From contig JAKMXF010000222.1 in NCBI GenBank assembly GCA_024704765.1, positions 124,001 to 188,000 on the forward strand: a stretch of DNA of 64,000 nucleotides. Direction: 5' to 3'. The notes below the pieces were generated by a model. That model saw only the letters and a list, made by a program, of their open reading frames with translations. It did no database searches and was not told the origin of the DNA. The position numbers were made by a program, and so were the translations under genes. The stretch is from Oopsacas minuta. Lineage: Eukaryota; Animalia; Porifera. Below are positions 38,001-48,865 of the stretch, piece by piece. Each line of letters begins with the position of its first letter. The stretch's first letter is position 1.

Positions 38001-41000
38001 TTGAGGCTATATTTGGAAAGTGAAATAGTAAGTATACCATCATGTCAAAAGAAATTATATTCTAAGAATATTCGTACTCTAAAATTACTCACCAAATCTT
38101 GTAAAACTTCCAAGTAGCCTATAATATCCTGAATATTGTCATTAAGCAACAGTTCAGTCAGTATACAAGTGATATTTTCTTCTAACCCAGGAATATTCAA
38201 TACGTCAGAGATTGTGTAAAGTATTTGTTCTACCCCAGTGTCATTTCCAAGGAATTCCCCAACGATTTCTAGTCCTAGATCTGCTCCATCCAGTAATATC
38301 CTTACTAGATTTCTAGCTCTTTCTTCAGGGTATATACTACAAATAATATGGATAAATGATAAATTTGTTTGGTAACCGGTCAAAGTGAATATTTCAATCC
38401 TAAACTAATACACACCTGAAGTTCTGGTGTAGCTCATAGAATAAGTCATCAATGAGGTTAAATATCTCTGGATAGTATGGCTGTAGGACTTCATCATTAA
38501 CTCCACCCAAATATGTCAAAGCAGGAGATAGAGTTGCATTCAGTAATTGTCTCAATGCAGCTGGATCACCTTCAGCTATGTCATCTGAATATTAGATTTG
38601 TAAATGGTGATGTTTTTTGATTGTATACAACATTTCAATATTTATGACACTTACCTACAAAGTCTGAAACGCTTGTACCAATAGTAGCTACAGTCTCTGT
38701 TGTATCTAGAATGTACTCAGTACCTTCTATTACATCATATGTGACAACAGTACGAATAGCTTGATCCTCTGTGCATTCATTTGTAACGCATGTTATTGGT
38801 TGAATTAAGAAGTCTCGACAATATGGAAGTCTATTATTGTAATCAATCCCATTTCTCAAGATTTCAATCGATTCAGGATAAAGTGATAGGAATACTGAAC
38901 AAAGATTCGTGGGTGTATATATTGTTGCATCCTAAAATGTACAATAAATTCGAGTAGTTAGATGTATAACGTATCAGATATTTAAAGACAATATACTTAC
39001 AATGACGTTTGATGTTGAGAAACTACAAGTTCTTTGTGCTGCAATGTTATCGTACAAACTGTATATGGAGAAACTGCATTGAGCCCCAGGGTATGCACCA
39101 CAGCCATAATTGTATGAAGGGGAACTTCCATTATTACTTTCACCATCAAAACAGTCATAATTGTATCCGTAATATGTTACAAATGATAATGGTGCTGGTG
39201 GACCGTATGAATCTCCACAACCTTGAGGGGGATCGAATAGCAATGTATAGTAGACACCTATTGGATAACACAAATTTAAGAATTATTTATTGATTTTATT
39301 CCAATATTTTATTCGTAATATTTTTTAAATATACTGAACTCACTCAGAGATAGAATTCCATCCAATAAGTACCATTTGGTAAGTAGATGATGTTTTGTGT
39401 GACATTCCGTATAGCATCTATTGACAGACTTTGTTCGATTTGATCAATCACATAAGGTGGTATATCAATGGTGACATTCGATGCCAGTGATGGCAGAATA
39501 GAATCTATGAGTTGTCTGATGGAATCTTCATTCAATGCTTCTGGTGGTAAAATGTTAAAGAGTGTGAATATGTCAACGAGGAGTGGTATAACGTCACAAT
39601 TATCAATTGTCTAGAAAGGGAATATACAGACAAAGAGTTATATGTAAATACTAATATTGATACTATTGCAATGCATACCTCGTTAACAAATGTTATAACA
39701 TCGAAGCTAGAGATTGAATCGAGTGTACCTTCAATTACAAAGAGAAGATCGTCTCTTAAACTGTTAAACTCATATTCAAATTTTTCAGAGTTAATGTATC
39801 CAACAGTCAGAATCACAACACTGTCCAGAACATCACTGAAATCTTGTAATGATTGAGCTAGAATCGCAGTACAATACACCAGAGTATCAGCACAGAGGGC
39901 TAGAAGGGGATACAATACGTGAATAACTACACTATATTTCCTGTTATAGAATACAAATAGCTTTCTACTTACATTGACAATATCGTCGTTCAGATTGATT
40001 TTGACCTATCAAAGGACAGACCAGATTGGCAAGGACTGCGTCTACACATAAAGTAGCACCTTCACTCGATGGAATTGCATAACGTAGCTCGTTGAATTTG
40101 TTTTCGAATAGGTAAGATTGACTGAATACTTGAAGAATGGGGCGAATAATGCTCATCCTTTGAGGCTATATTTGGAAAGTGAAATAGTAAGTATACCATC
40201 ATGTCAAAAGAAATTATATTCTAAGAATATTTGTACTCTAAAATTACTCACCAAATCTTGTAAAACTTCCAAGTAGCCTATAATATCCTGAATATTGTCA
40301 TTAAGCAACAGTTCAGTCAGTATACAAGTGATATTTTCTTCTAACCCAGGAATATTCAATACGTCAGAGATTGTGTAAAGTATTTGTTCTACCCCAGTGT
40401 CATTTCCAAGGATTTCCCCAACGATTTCTAGTCCTAGATCTGCTCCATCCAGTAATATCCTTACTAGATTTCTAGCTCTTTCTTCAGGGTACATACTACA
40501 AATAATATGGATAAATGATAAATTTGTTTGGTGACCGGTCAAAGTGAATATTTCAATCCTAAACTAGTACACACCTGAAGTTCTGGTGTAGCTCATAGAA
40601 TAGGTCATCAATGAGGTTAAATATCTCTGGATAGTATGGCTGTAGGACTTCATCATTAACTCCACCCAAATATGTCAAAGCAGGAGATAGAGTTGCATTC
40701 AGCAGCTCTGTGAATGCACCTGATTCACCTTCAGCTATGTCATCTGGATATTTAATTTGTAAATAATCATATATTTTGTTTGCAAGCAACAATTCCATAT
40801 TTATGACACTTACCTATAAATTCCCTAACGTTTACACCAATGTTGGCTACAGTCTCTATGGTATCCTTAACGTTCTGTGCTCTATCTATTGCGGCATTAC
40901 GGATGGGAACGCGATCTGCATATTCTGTACATTCGTTTGAGAAACAAAATTCTACTTCTAAAAAAGCGAAATTATAATTATACTAACATATGGTAATTTT

Positions 41001-41183
41001 GTCTACTATTTTTTCTGGAATTTTCAAGCAATTTTGAATTTATTCACCAACAACAAACATTATCAGATTATTTTAAAGTAAGCAACATATGAAAAATATA
41101 ATTATTTAATATAACTCACGTCCAGAACAAATGAATGGCGCTAGGCCAATAAACAATAGTAACAAGTGTTTAAAAACCTGCAT
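29036..41183 (-). CDS. Adhesion GPCR: signal peptide, 4 glypican-like repeats, Thr/Pro stalk, Ig domain, GAIN/GPS, 7TM; repeat 4 carries frameshifts as assembled
   Basis: Manual exon chaining with GT-AG sites. Exon 41183-41120 gives signal peptide MQVFKHLLLLFIGLAPFICSG; four multi-exon modules follow; exon 31992-31785; Ig exon 31547-31201 (YPCTATG...FQCIATNPAG); GPS-like CSF...CMPEHTTSFGVL; then seven hydrophobic helices. The traced junctions join in frame except for 1-nt indels noted under findings. Confidence 0.8.
32074..40957 (-). repeat. Four tandem copies of a roughly 2.17-kb multi-exon module (approx. M1 40957-39001, M2 38931-36829, M3 36759-34657, M4 34167-32074)
   Basis: Homologous ORF fragments recur with a 2172-bp offset between M2 and M3, and both exons and introns are near-identical. 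Confidence 0.95.
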
Positions 41184-43016
41184 TTTCTGTAAATGTATAA
41201 TATTTACAATATTTCTCAAATATTACTTTTGAGTTTGAGAGTAGTTTCCCAAAGAAATTTCCCTATTATATACTAGCTGGAGCAATGACTATATGCGTAC
41301 ATTGAAAACGAAATGTAATGGTGTCATATATATCACATAAGTAAATCCTTAACTTGATACTCTGGTTATAGCCTGTTACATTTGTACCATGTTACTTTAA
41401 TATTTAATTCATTCACAAACTTCTCTTTTACCAGAGGCAAGATCTGTTTTTGGGGTGTAGAAAGATTCTCATATTTCTACTCAATCATTCGATGCTTGAA
41501 TTCCATCAGCATAACATGTCTCCGCAAGCACACGTGTATGTAATTTAATTTTGTATAGTCAACAATCTTAGCATACGTACTTTTTTGAAGGAATTAAATA
41601 CCTATTACCTTTGTACTGGTAATTCTTTTTCTCAGAATTTACTAATTGGAGACTAGCACAAAGAGATTGTTCCACAAAAGTCTATGTAGATGTGAAAATA
41701 ATTTTGTATAATCAAGACTGAATTGTTGCTCTGTAGCCAATATTTAAATTGAAGCAATCCATTATCTTCACTAGATCAGGGGTCCTCACCTGTGATCCAA
41801 ACTTGGTCAATCGAACAGATCGACTTGGGTGGGGTCATGATATAAAATTGTATAAAAAGTGTGCCTTTGATTAGAGAGATAGTTGTCCTCCACACGAAAT
41901 TCTTTTGTCTTTTTTAAAGCTGATTACAAAGAAAACTATTATATAATTCATTTCTATTGTAAATAGCTTTTTAATAGTAAATTTGCTATTATTACGCGTA
42001 TTATATTAATTATTTATTAATCAAATAAACTACGTAATTAACTAGTCAGTTACTATATTAAGTTACTATCATTCCTAGCATATTAACTAATCTGCTATTA
42101 CCTAAAGGAACCTTTGATGAATGATTACAACATAATATCGAATTAATATATTAGCTGAAACTTATTGTATAAACATACCAACTTTACAAACTAAAGTTTC
42201 CCAACCTGACCATCACTATGACATTAAATTTGCATTTCGCTACCAGATCCGGTGTTTGTATTAAATCCTCATCAGTCATTGAATAACATCGAATGATAAT
42301 TCACTGCAATGTAATCTTGATTTCAACCATTTATCTTTATCCGTAGTACTGACGAGATTGGATAGAAGTCAAATGTTCATCGATTTTCTAGGAGCAACCG
42401 CGAGCTACACTACCGGTCTGTCGACGGACATTTTATAGTCCAATAGATGCATGTGCGGATTTTTTGTAGATCCCATTACATTGGAACTTGTTATTTAATT
42501 AAAGACAGTTACTAGGGATTGCACAAACGATAGAATTGTCATGTATGTAGGTCCAAATGGTGTGGTGAGTTACGCGTTTCATTTAGAACTTTGGAACAAA
42601 GCAAATTACTAGTTTTAATGCTCAATTTAGTTGAATGTGATTATTTGGGGTTGTAAGTTTGGCTGGGTTAGAGTTTCCTATTTACAAACTTTCATTGAGA
42701 TTTTGCATTTATGCATCGATCATTCATTTTGAAACATGCAACCAAACAGATGTTTACTGCTAATGTAGCCATTTTTGGGAATCAATAACAAATCACGAAG
42801 ATGATTGCAAACATCATTTGCAAAAAATCGAAAACCACTAGCTAGTATTTCGGCTACAAATAATCGATGAAAGTACAGTAATGGCATTTTGTTATCCTAT
42901 TTGTTTACTGTGGTTTTGTCAGTTAATATCTTATTAGATTAAATAAAAGTTTAATTTGGAAAATATAAAAATTACTCTCAAATTAAACCAGCTCAAAATC
43001 TAAATAATAAATGCAA

Positions 43017-44261
43017 CTACCAATATCTTAAACTGACAATGAGGAGAAGCATTTTCCTATATTGTTTATCTTGTATGTTCTCAGAGAGTATATTCTTGAG
43101 AGTACTCCCATGTTTCTCTTCAACTTCAATGCTTATCTTTGACATATGATGTGTTTCCAGCACAAACATACGATTGATCAGTTGCATACTACGGATTATG
43201 TTCAGACCGGGGTTAGGATTCGGTATGTAACCCTTCAGGACCGTGAGAGCTCTGATTAACCTGTCGGATTTCTCCTTAACCCTGTTTTCAACAAGCGAGA
43301 ACATTAGTGTTAGAGCTGTCGTGAACGAATCGGAAAACCGATCTTCTTTTGGAATTTCCTTCGATATGAAAGTACGCAGATTCGTGAGCTCGTTAACTTG
43401 ATTGAATTCATTGATAAAACAGTTTATTTGAGCAAAACTGTTTGTAGTGAGGATTTTAATCATTTTTTCCGCGCGATCATTTGTATTAGCCTGGATGACT
43501 TCTTTCGCATCAGCCTTTGCCTTGGTTGTATCCTCATACGTATCTTCGGATTTATCAGCGTCTAAGATAGCCATACATAATTTTTGAAAGTTAGGTCGTT
43601 TTACGTTTTGTTTGATATCATCTCGTAGAGAAGATCCAGTCGTAGAAGTTGTACGATATTCTTCAAGGATTTCTTGGAGTTGCTGGCTCGTGCTTAGAAA
43701 GGTAATTTCTATTAGAGAAAGGTCAATTGTTCCAATCCCATTTTCAACAGCTTTTTGCAAGGAACTGGTTAGGATGGCAGTTGATGTGCTAATGAGAGAG
43801 TGCATGAGAAAGCCAGCTCCATTCAATGGTAATTCAGATATGATCTGTTCAAGCTGTGGAGAAAATTCTGCGTCATATCTCTTTACAAAATCTACCCTTT
43901 CCGATTCATTTTTACAGCTTTGAATTTTCGCAAGGGCCATGCCGAATATGTTGCAAGTATCCACTTCTCTATGTAAAGTTGCTGTATCACTCAAAACTGT
44001 ATGTAACAAGCTGTTTGAGCTGGCTCTATTACGATTTGACGACTTTCGGACGAATTCGTTTGATAATTTAGACGTTATAGATTCTTTCTTTGTTATTGAA
44101 GGGGCTGGAGTTTGTTTTATGACCTCAATGTTGTAGAAAGGGTTACCCCACATGGTTGGAGGCTCACGTCCGTATTTAGGTACTCCGAATCGATGTGGCA
44201 TAATATGATTTTGCAAAACTGGAGTGCACCCAGGATTATAATTCATTACAAGTGAAGACAT
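43017..44261 (-). CDS. Divergent annexin-like protein, intronless
   Basis: Annexin-repeat-like segments: NGIGTIDLSLIEI, SLRDDIK..FQKLCMAIL, AKADAKEV..IKILTTNSFAQI, HGSTLKNILSENIQDKQYRKMLLLI. Confidence 0.72.
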   Translation of the reverse strand: MSSLVMNYNPGCTPVLQNHIMPHRFGVPKYGREPPTMWGNPFYNIEVIKQTPAPSITKKESITSKLSNEFVRKSSNRNRASSNSLLHTVLSDTATLHREVDTCNIFGMALAKIQSCKNESERVDFVKRYDAEFSPQLEQIISELPLNGAGFLMHSLISTSTAILTSSLQKAVENGIGTIDLSLIEITFLSTSQQLQEILEEYRTTSTTGSSLRDDIKQNVKRPNFQKLCMAILDADKSEDTYEDTTKAKADAKEVIQANTNDRAEKMIKILTTNSFAQINCFINEFNQVNELTNLRTFISKEIPKEDRFSDSFTTALTLMFSLVENRVKEKSDRLIRALTVLKGYIPNPNPGLNIIRSMQLINRMFVLETHHMSKISIEVEEKHGSTLKNILSENIQDKQYRKMLLLIVSLRYW

Positions 44262-45623
44262 TTGGAATAAAGTATTATCAATTCGCGTTTTTGAAATATT
44301 ATATCGCAAATAATTTTGTAATTATTCGTTAATTAATCCAATATTAAGATGTAGGAATTATTTTCCTTAAATACTAATGTGCAAGCATAGAGCCTATACA
44401 ACCACCAGACGGCCCATTAGCTGTTTAATGTAATTATATAGAAATATCCACCAGTAAACATTAGTTACACCATTTAAATTCCTGTATTCAATAAACCTCC
44501 TAAAGGAAATTACTATAGACATGAAGTTGAAACCACTATACACCACATGGAGTAGAGTATTATTTCTAAAATTAGTAGCAGGTTCAGAAACATTGTATTA
44601 ATTATCGCTAATGTATGTTCTCGAATTGGTCTATTGTTTTGGTTATCACAAGCTTGTATTGAAAACAAATCAGTCTGCACGTGTCATGCAAACTATGCAT
44701 TATTAAAAATTTGATTATACAAGTCTCACTAATCACTCGTACGTGAATAACGTGAGAGATATATACAAGTTAATTACATTAATACAAGCATAAACAATGT
44801 AAATTTGTAAACAAAACAATACCTAATGTAATCACGCAATTATAGAACTGTTGTAGCAAAATTAATTGAAATATTTCCACGTACTCTTAGCTTGTAATTA
44901 GCAACTTGTTATCGCTGAAACAATTAATACACGTTGTATATTGCACTTTACATTTGCAGACAATGTATCTGAAAGGGTGGCTAGTTAAACAAGATAAAAA
45001 CTCCTAGAATTGCAACTGGAGTTGACCGTATATCATTGCTCTCACATCCACTAAAATGATTATAGAATATTTCCGAATTAGTAATTCTAAGTTTTTTCAT
45101 TTCCAAGAAGGAGAATTTCAAAGAATATAATTACAGAAATAAATAGTAAATTACTGTTAATGAAAGTAGAAAGACGGAAATATCCCCTGCGTATAAATCA
45201 TTATCTATTATATTAATTACCAGTGATGTAAGATAGGGTTAATAACTATGAAATATTATGTAATATTAGTTAGCGAGATGCTATGATTATTGCTAATGTT
45301 CAGGGACAATATTATAGTCTCTAGGTGAGGTATTTTATCCCAGAGAATAAGACTCCATACCAACATTTGAAATTTTAGAATATCGTATTCATAAAATAAG
45401 ATACTTAAGTTACTGGACTAGACTATTATCTAATTACTAACCAAAACATTATTGTATTTCATTATGTGTGCTTTAGAGACGCCCCCTAATTATGTAAAGA
45501 GCAGTTGGCTACATCAAAATTCTCTATAATCATCGTGTCATTACAATAGCATATTAATTACCTTCTAAGAGTATTTACTTGGATAACTCACATGACATAT
45601 GTTGCAGATCTCCAAGATTCGAA

Positions 45624-45765
45624 TACAGTGGAACCTGCATAAACCAACACTCGTTGGGACATGAAAATTGTCGTATTAAGCATGTGAATTTGTATTTTCG
45701 GAAGCTATGTCATATGACTCATATCAGACACGTGTCACCTGTCGGTTTTCGCAGGTTCCACTGTA
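45624..45765. mobile_element. MITE with TA-CAGTGGAACCTGC termini
   Basis: tacagtggaacctgc ... gcaggttccactgta terminal inverted repeats flanked by TA. Confidence 0.75.
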
Positions 45766-46810
45766 TTTTAATTGTTTCCTATATCACTTCTGATAATTAA
45801 TTCTAGATTAATTAAATACTGCTATTAAATATAATTTTGTTTGGGTCTGTTTAATGAACCATTAACAGGGTTTAATTGTCTGCCTACAATAATATAATTA
45901 TTCATTTCAAAGTCTAGACAGATACCTTGTTAGTATACGTACAAGCACTGTGTATGTATATTGAATTAATTAGAAAACGATAGCTTTCTCAATCATTGTC
46001 GTCCAAATTTGTGAGAAATATTGCTGTTACCAATCTTAAATTTATTCAAGTAAAATGGAGAATAACCTCCAGCTTAGCAATTCACCTCAATTAAACAATG
46101 GAAGAACTCAATTCTACATCTGGTTGTGGAGTTATATTATCTTCCCTTATAAATTAAACTTAATTAGCAATTTGATTAGAATACACATACACACACACAC
46201 GTGTAACATACTTAAGCATACCATAAGGCGATTCTACCTGTGCAATATATTAATTGCATAACTTTGAATCATGACTAGGTCAGTGTCCGTCATAATAATC
46301 TACAAATATGGCGAATCTGGGAGAAGCATTTAGCTGACTATACAAAACTTATCTGTCTTATATCAAAGTTGTAGTATTTCTCATCTGTTCACCATTACTT
46401 ATCGCTCATAAAATTCCACATATTTGGAAATCCTTGCATAGAAATCATAGCACAAAAAAATAAAATGTCCATGTAATATATATCACATTGAGTTCAAAAG
46501 GATTATTTTTGGTTTGTTATTGCCATATATATTACGTTAGTAGTTTTGAATAATAATAATAATAATAAACTTCGATGTATAAAGAAACAACTTTGTATAT
46601 ATTACGGAATGTTGATTATCGTAAATTTGAGGGATTGAGCATATAAAGTTGTAGAAAAGAAGGAAAACTAAGAAGAACAAGGTCTACAGATTACAGAATT
46701 TCTTCACTGCCAATCTCAACCAGCTTACAATGACTGCGGCTAAATGCCTCTGCCAGGCAGCATCCCAATCCTACATAATAGTTGCTAACCAAAGTGATAT
46801 TACACAATTA

Positions 46811-47395
46811 ACAGCTATTCATACTATTACGTCATCGCTGATACGTGCTCGTACAGCACAACCAAACTGTTGATTGAGTGTGATATTAAAGGAGAGATAA
46901 GATAGTGATTGTCTCTGTACTCTCATTAGCTAATCAGCTGATATTCTTGCTATAATGAGGCATGTCAGTCTGCTTAGTGAATTAGATAGCAGGTGCAAAT
47001 TATACTATATTGATAGGAGTGATTTATTTATATTGGGTGTATAAGATCAGATACCATTAGTGCTGTTTTCTCTCTGTGAATTTTGTTCTGAATAACATTT
47101 ACATAAAAATGTAATTCAGAACAGAGAGCACTGAGAGAGAACAGCACTAATGGATCTGATCTTATACACCCAATATAAATAAATCACTCCTATCAATATA
47201 GTATAATTTGCACCTGCTATCTAATTCACTAAGCAGACTGACATGCCTCATTATAGCAAGAATATCAGCTGATTAGCTAATGAGAGTACAGAGACAATCA
47301 CTATCTTATCTCTCCTTTAATATCACACTCAATCAACAGTTTGGTTGTGCTGTACGAGCACGTATCAGCGATGACGTAATAGTATGAATAGCTGT
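46811..47395. repeat. Near-perfect inverted repeat (about 250-bp arms, imperfect centre); foldback/MITE-like, TA-flanked
   Basis: 46811-47060 is the reverse complement of about 47145-47395, with one 1-nt indel noticed by eye. Confidence 0.95.
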
Positions 47396-47879
47396 TAGTT
47401 GTGCAAACAAGACAAAGTTCTATTCATAAAGATAGACAAATCTATAGAGAGGAAAGATAGGAAGGATAGGAAAAATCGTGAAAGAAGAGAGATTCGTATG
47501 TGGATTCTTTCGATTTGAGTATAACATATTTCCATGTGTATTTTAGATAATCAGTTACTTTTGCAAAGTTTTAAAAGTATTCCTCTATCTCTTTTGTACA
47601 TGGGTAAATATTATGCCATATATTTTATATTATTTATTTGATCTTATTATCAACCATACAAATCGCCCATGGATAAATTGGACATTTGTTATATACGTAC
47701 TATTAACAAACAGCAAGAAATTGAGCTCTCCAGGAGTAGCTTCATGTGACCTTGAAATCTGGGGAACTGGGTTCCTCCATGCCCCATGGTCTTCCTTTCC
47801 AGAGTTATAACCCCTGTTAAAATAAAGGAATCTATATGAATTTAATAGTTTACACAAATATCAGAGAAATACACAAATA

Positions 47880-48521
47880 CTAAGTAACTACATTCTCATA
47901 CAAAAAATTGAATAGCATCTCAGCACTGACTTTCCCTATTAAACGATTTATATCGTTTCCCGAGGCTTTGAGTAGCTTGTCCAATGTTTGATAATTCTCC
48001 ATTAATAGTCTGGCTTTTACAGGTCCAAGTTTTGGAATATTTTGCAATGCATTTATTATACAAATTTCATTTGAAACTTGTTTATGTTTGAGAAGAAAAG
48101 GATTATTTCTTGGATTTAATTCTTCCTTTATAATCTTCCCCAATAAATCTGCAGCTTCACTTTTAGATCCAACCATCATTAAACTTAACTTCAACTCAAT
48201 CACAACAAAATCCTGAAATTCCATGAATTTATCATAAAAATTTACAGATTCTAGCATAACGATTCCTTGATTTACATTTTTAAATGTTAAAACACGTTTT
48301 TTAGATTCTTCCAATTTGTCTAGAGCATTCTCTTCCAAATACAAAACTCCTTTCCCATCCAAATACATAATATCGATTGGACCTAAAGTGCCATCTATAT
48401 TTACATGGAATTTATCTTTCAAAGCATCGTGTAATTCTCTACCAGCTAGTCTGTTTAAGAACAAATACCCTTCTGGTACCTTGTAAGAGCTATGCGGATT
48501 GCATTTTGATTGTGTAGCCAT
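47880..48521 (-). CDS. FAAP24: Fanconi anemia core complex-associated protein 24
   Basis: KVPEGY N-terminus, degenerate ERCC4-like domain, NNPFL motif and C-terminal HhH2 (IPKLGPVKARLL). Confidence 0.85.
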   Translation of the reverse strand: MATQSKCNPHSSYKVPEGYLFLNRLAGRELHDALKDKFHVNIDGTLGPIDIMYLDGKGVLYLEENALDKLEESKKRVLTFKNVNQGIVMLESVNFYDKFMEFQDFVVIELKLSLMMVGSKSEAADLLGKIIKEELNPRNNPFLLKHKQVSNEICIINALQNIPKLGPVKARLLMENYQTLDKLLKASGNDINRLIGKVSAEMLFNFLYENVVT

Positions 48522-48865
48522 AGACTCTCTATAATACTACCAAGAATATATGAAATATTCTTCTTTATATAAATTCAGTGGTAACTGACTTTATTACGAA
48601 TAATTGATACATATGTATTAAGCCCGTCATATATGCTGAATTTTCATGCAAAAAATTGTATGAAAATGTTGAATGTTATTTTGAAAGTTGAACAAGTTGT
48701 ACTGTGACAATTTGTTTTGAATCTTTCCCGAATATAATGTACTATCTCCCATGGAATAAATAACTTTCAATGTTTAATATCCATTGCCTAAACAGTAAAC
48801 ACAACATTACATATAACTCTAATAACCAAAACGATTCCTACTGTTACTTTAGCTAACTACAATCC

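Noticed and set aside
46549-46568. (TAA)n microsatellite
   Set aside because: Short, ordinary simple repeat in AT-rich intergenic DNA.
47600-47860. Overlapping short ORFs on both strands downstream of FAAP24
   Set aside because: No recognisable motif or convincing exon structure in any frame; left unannotated.
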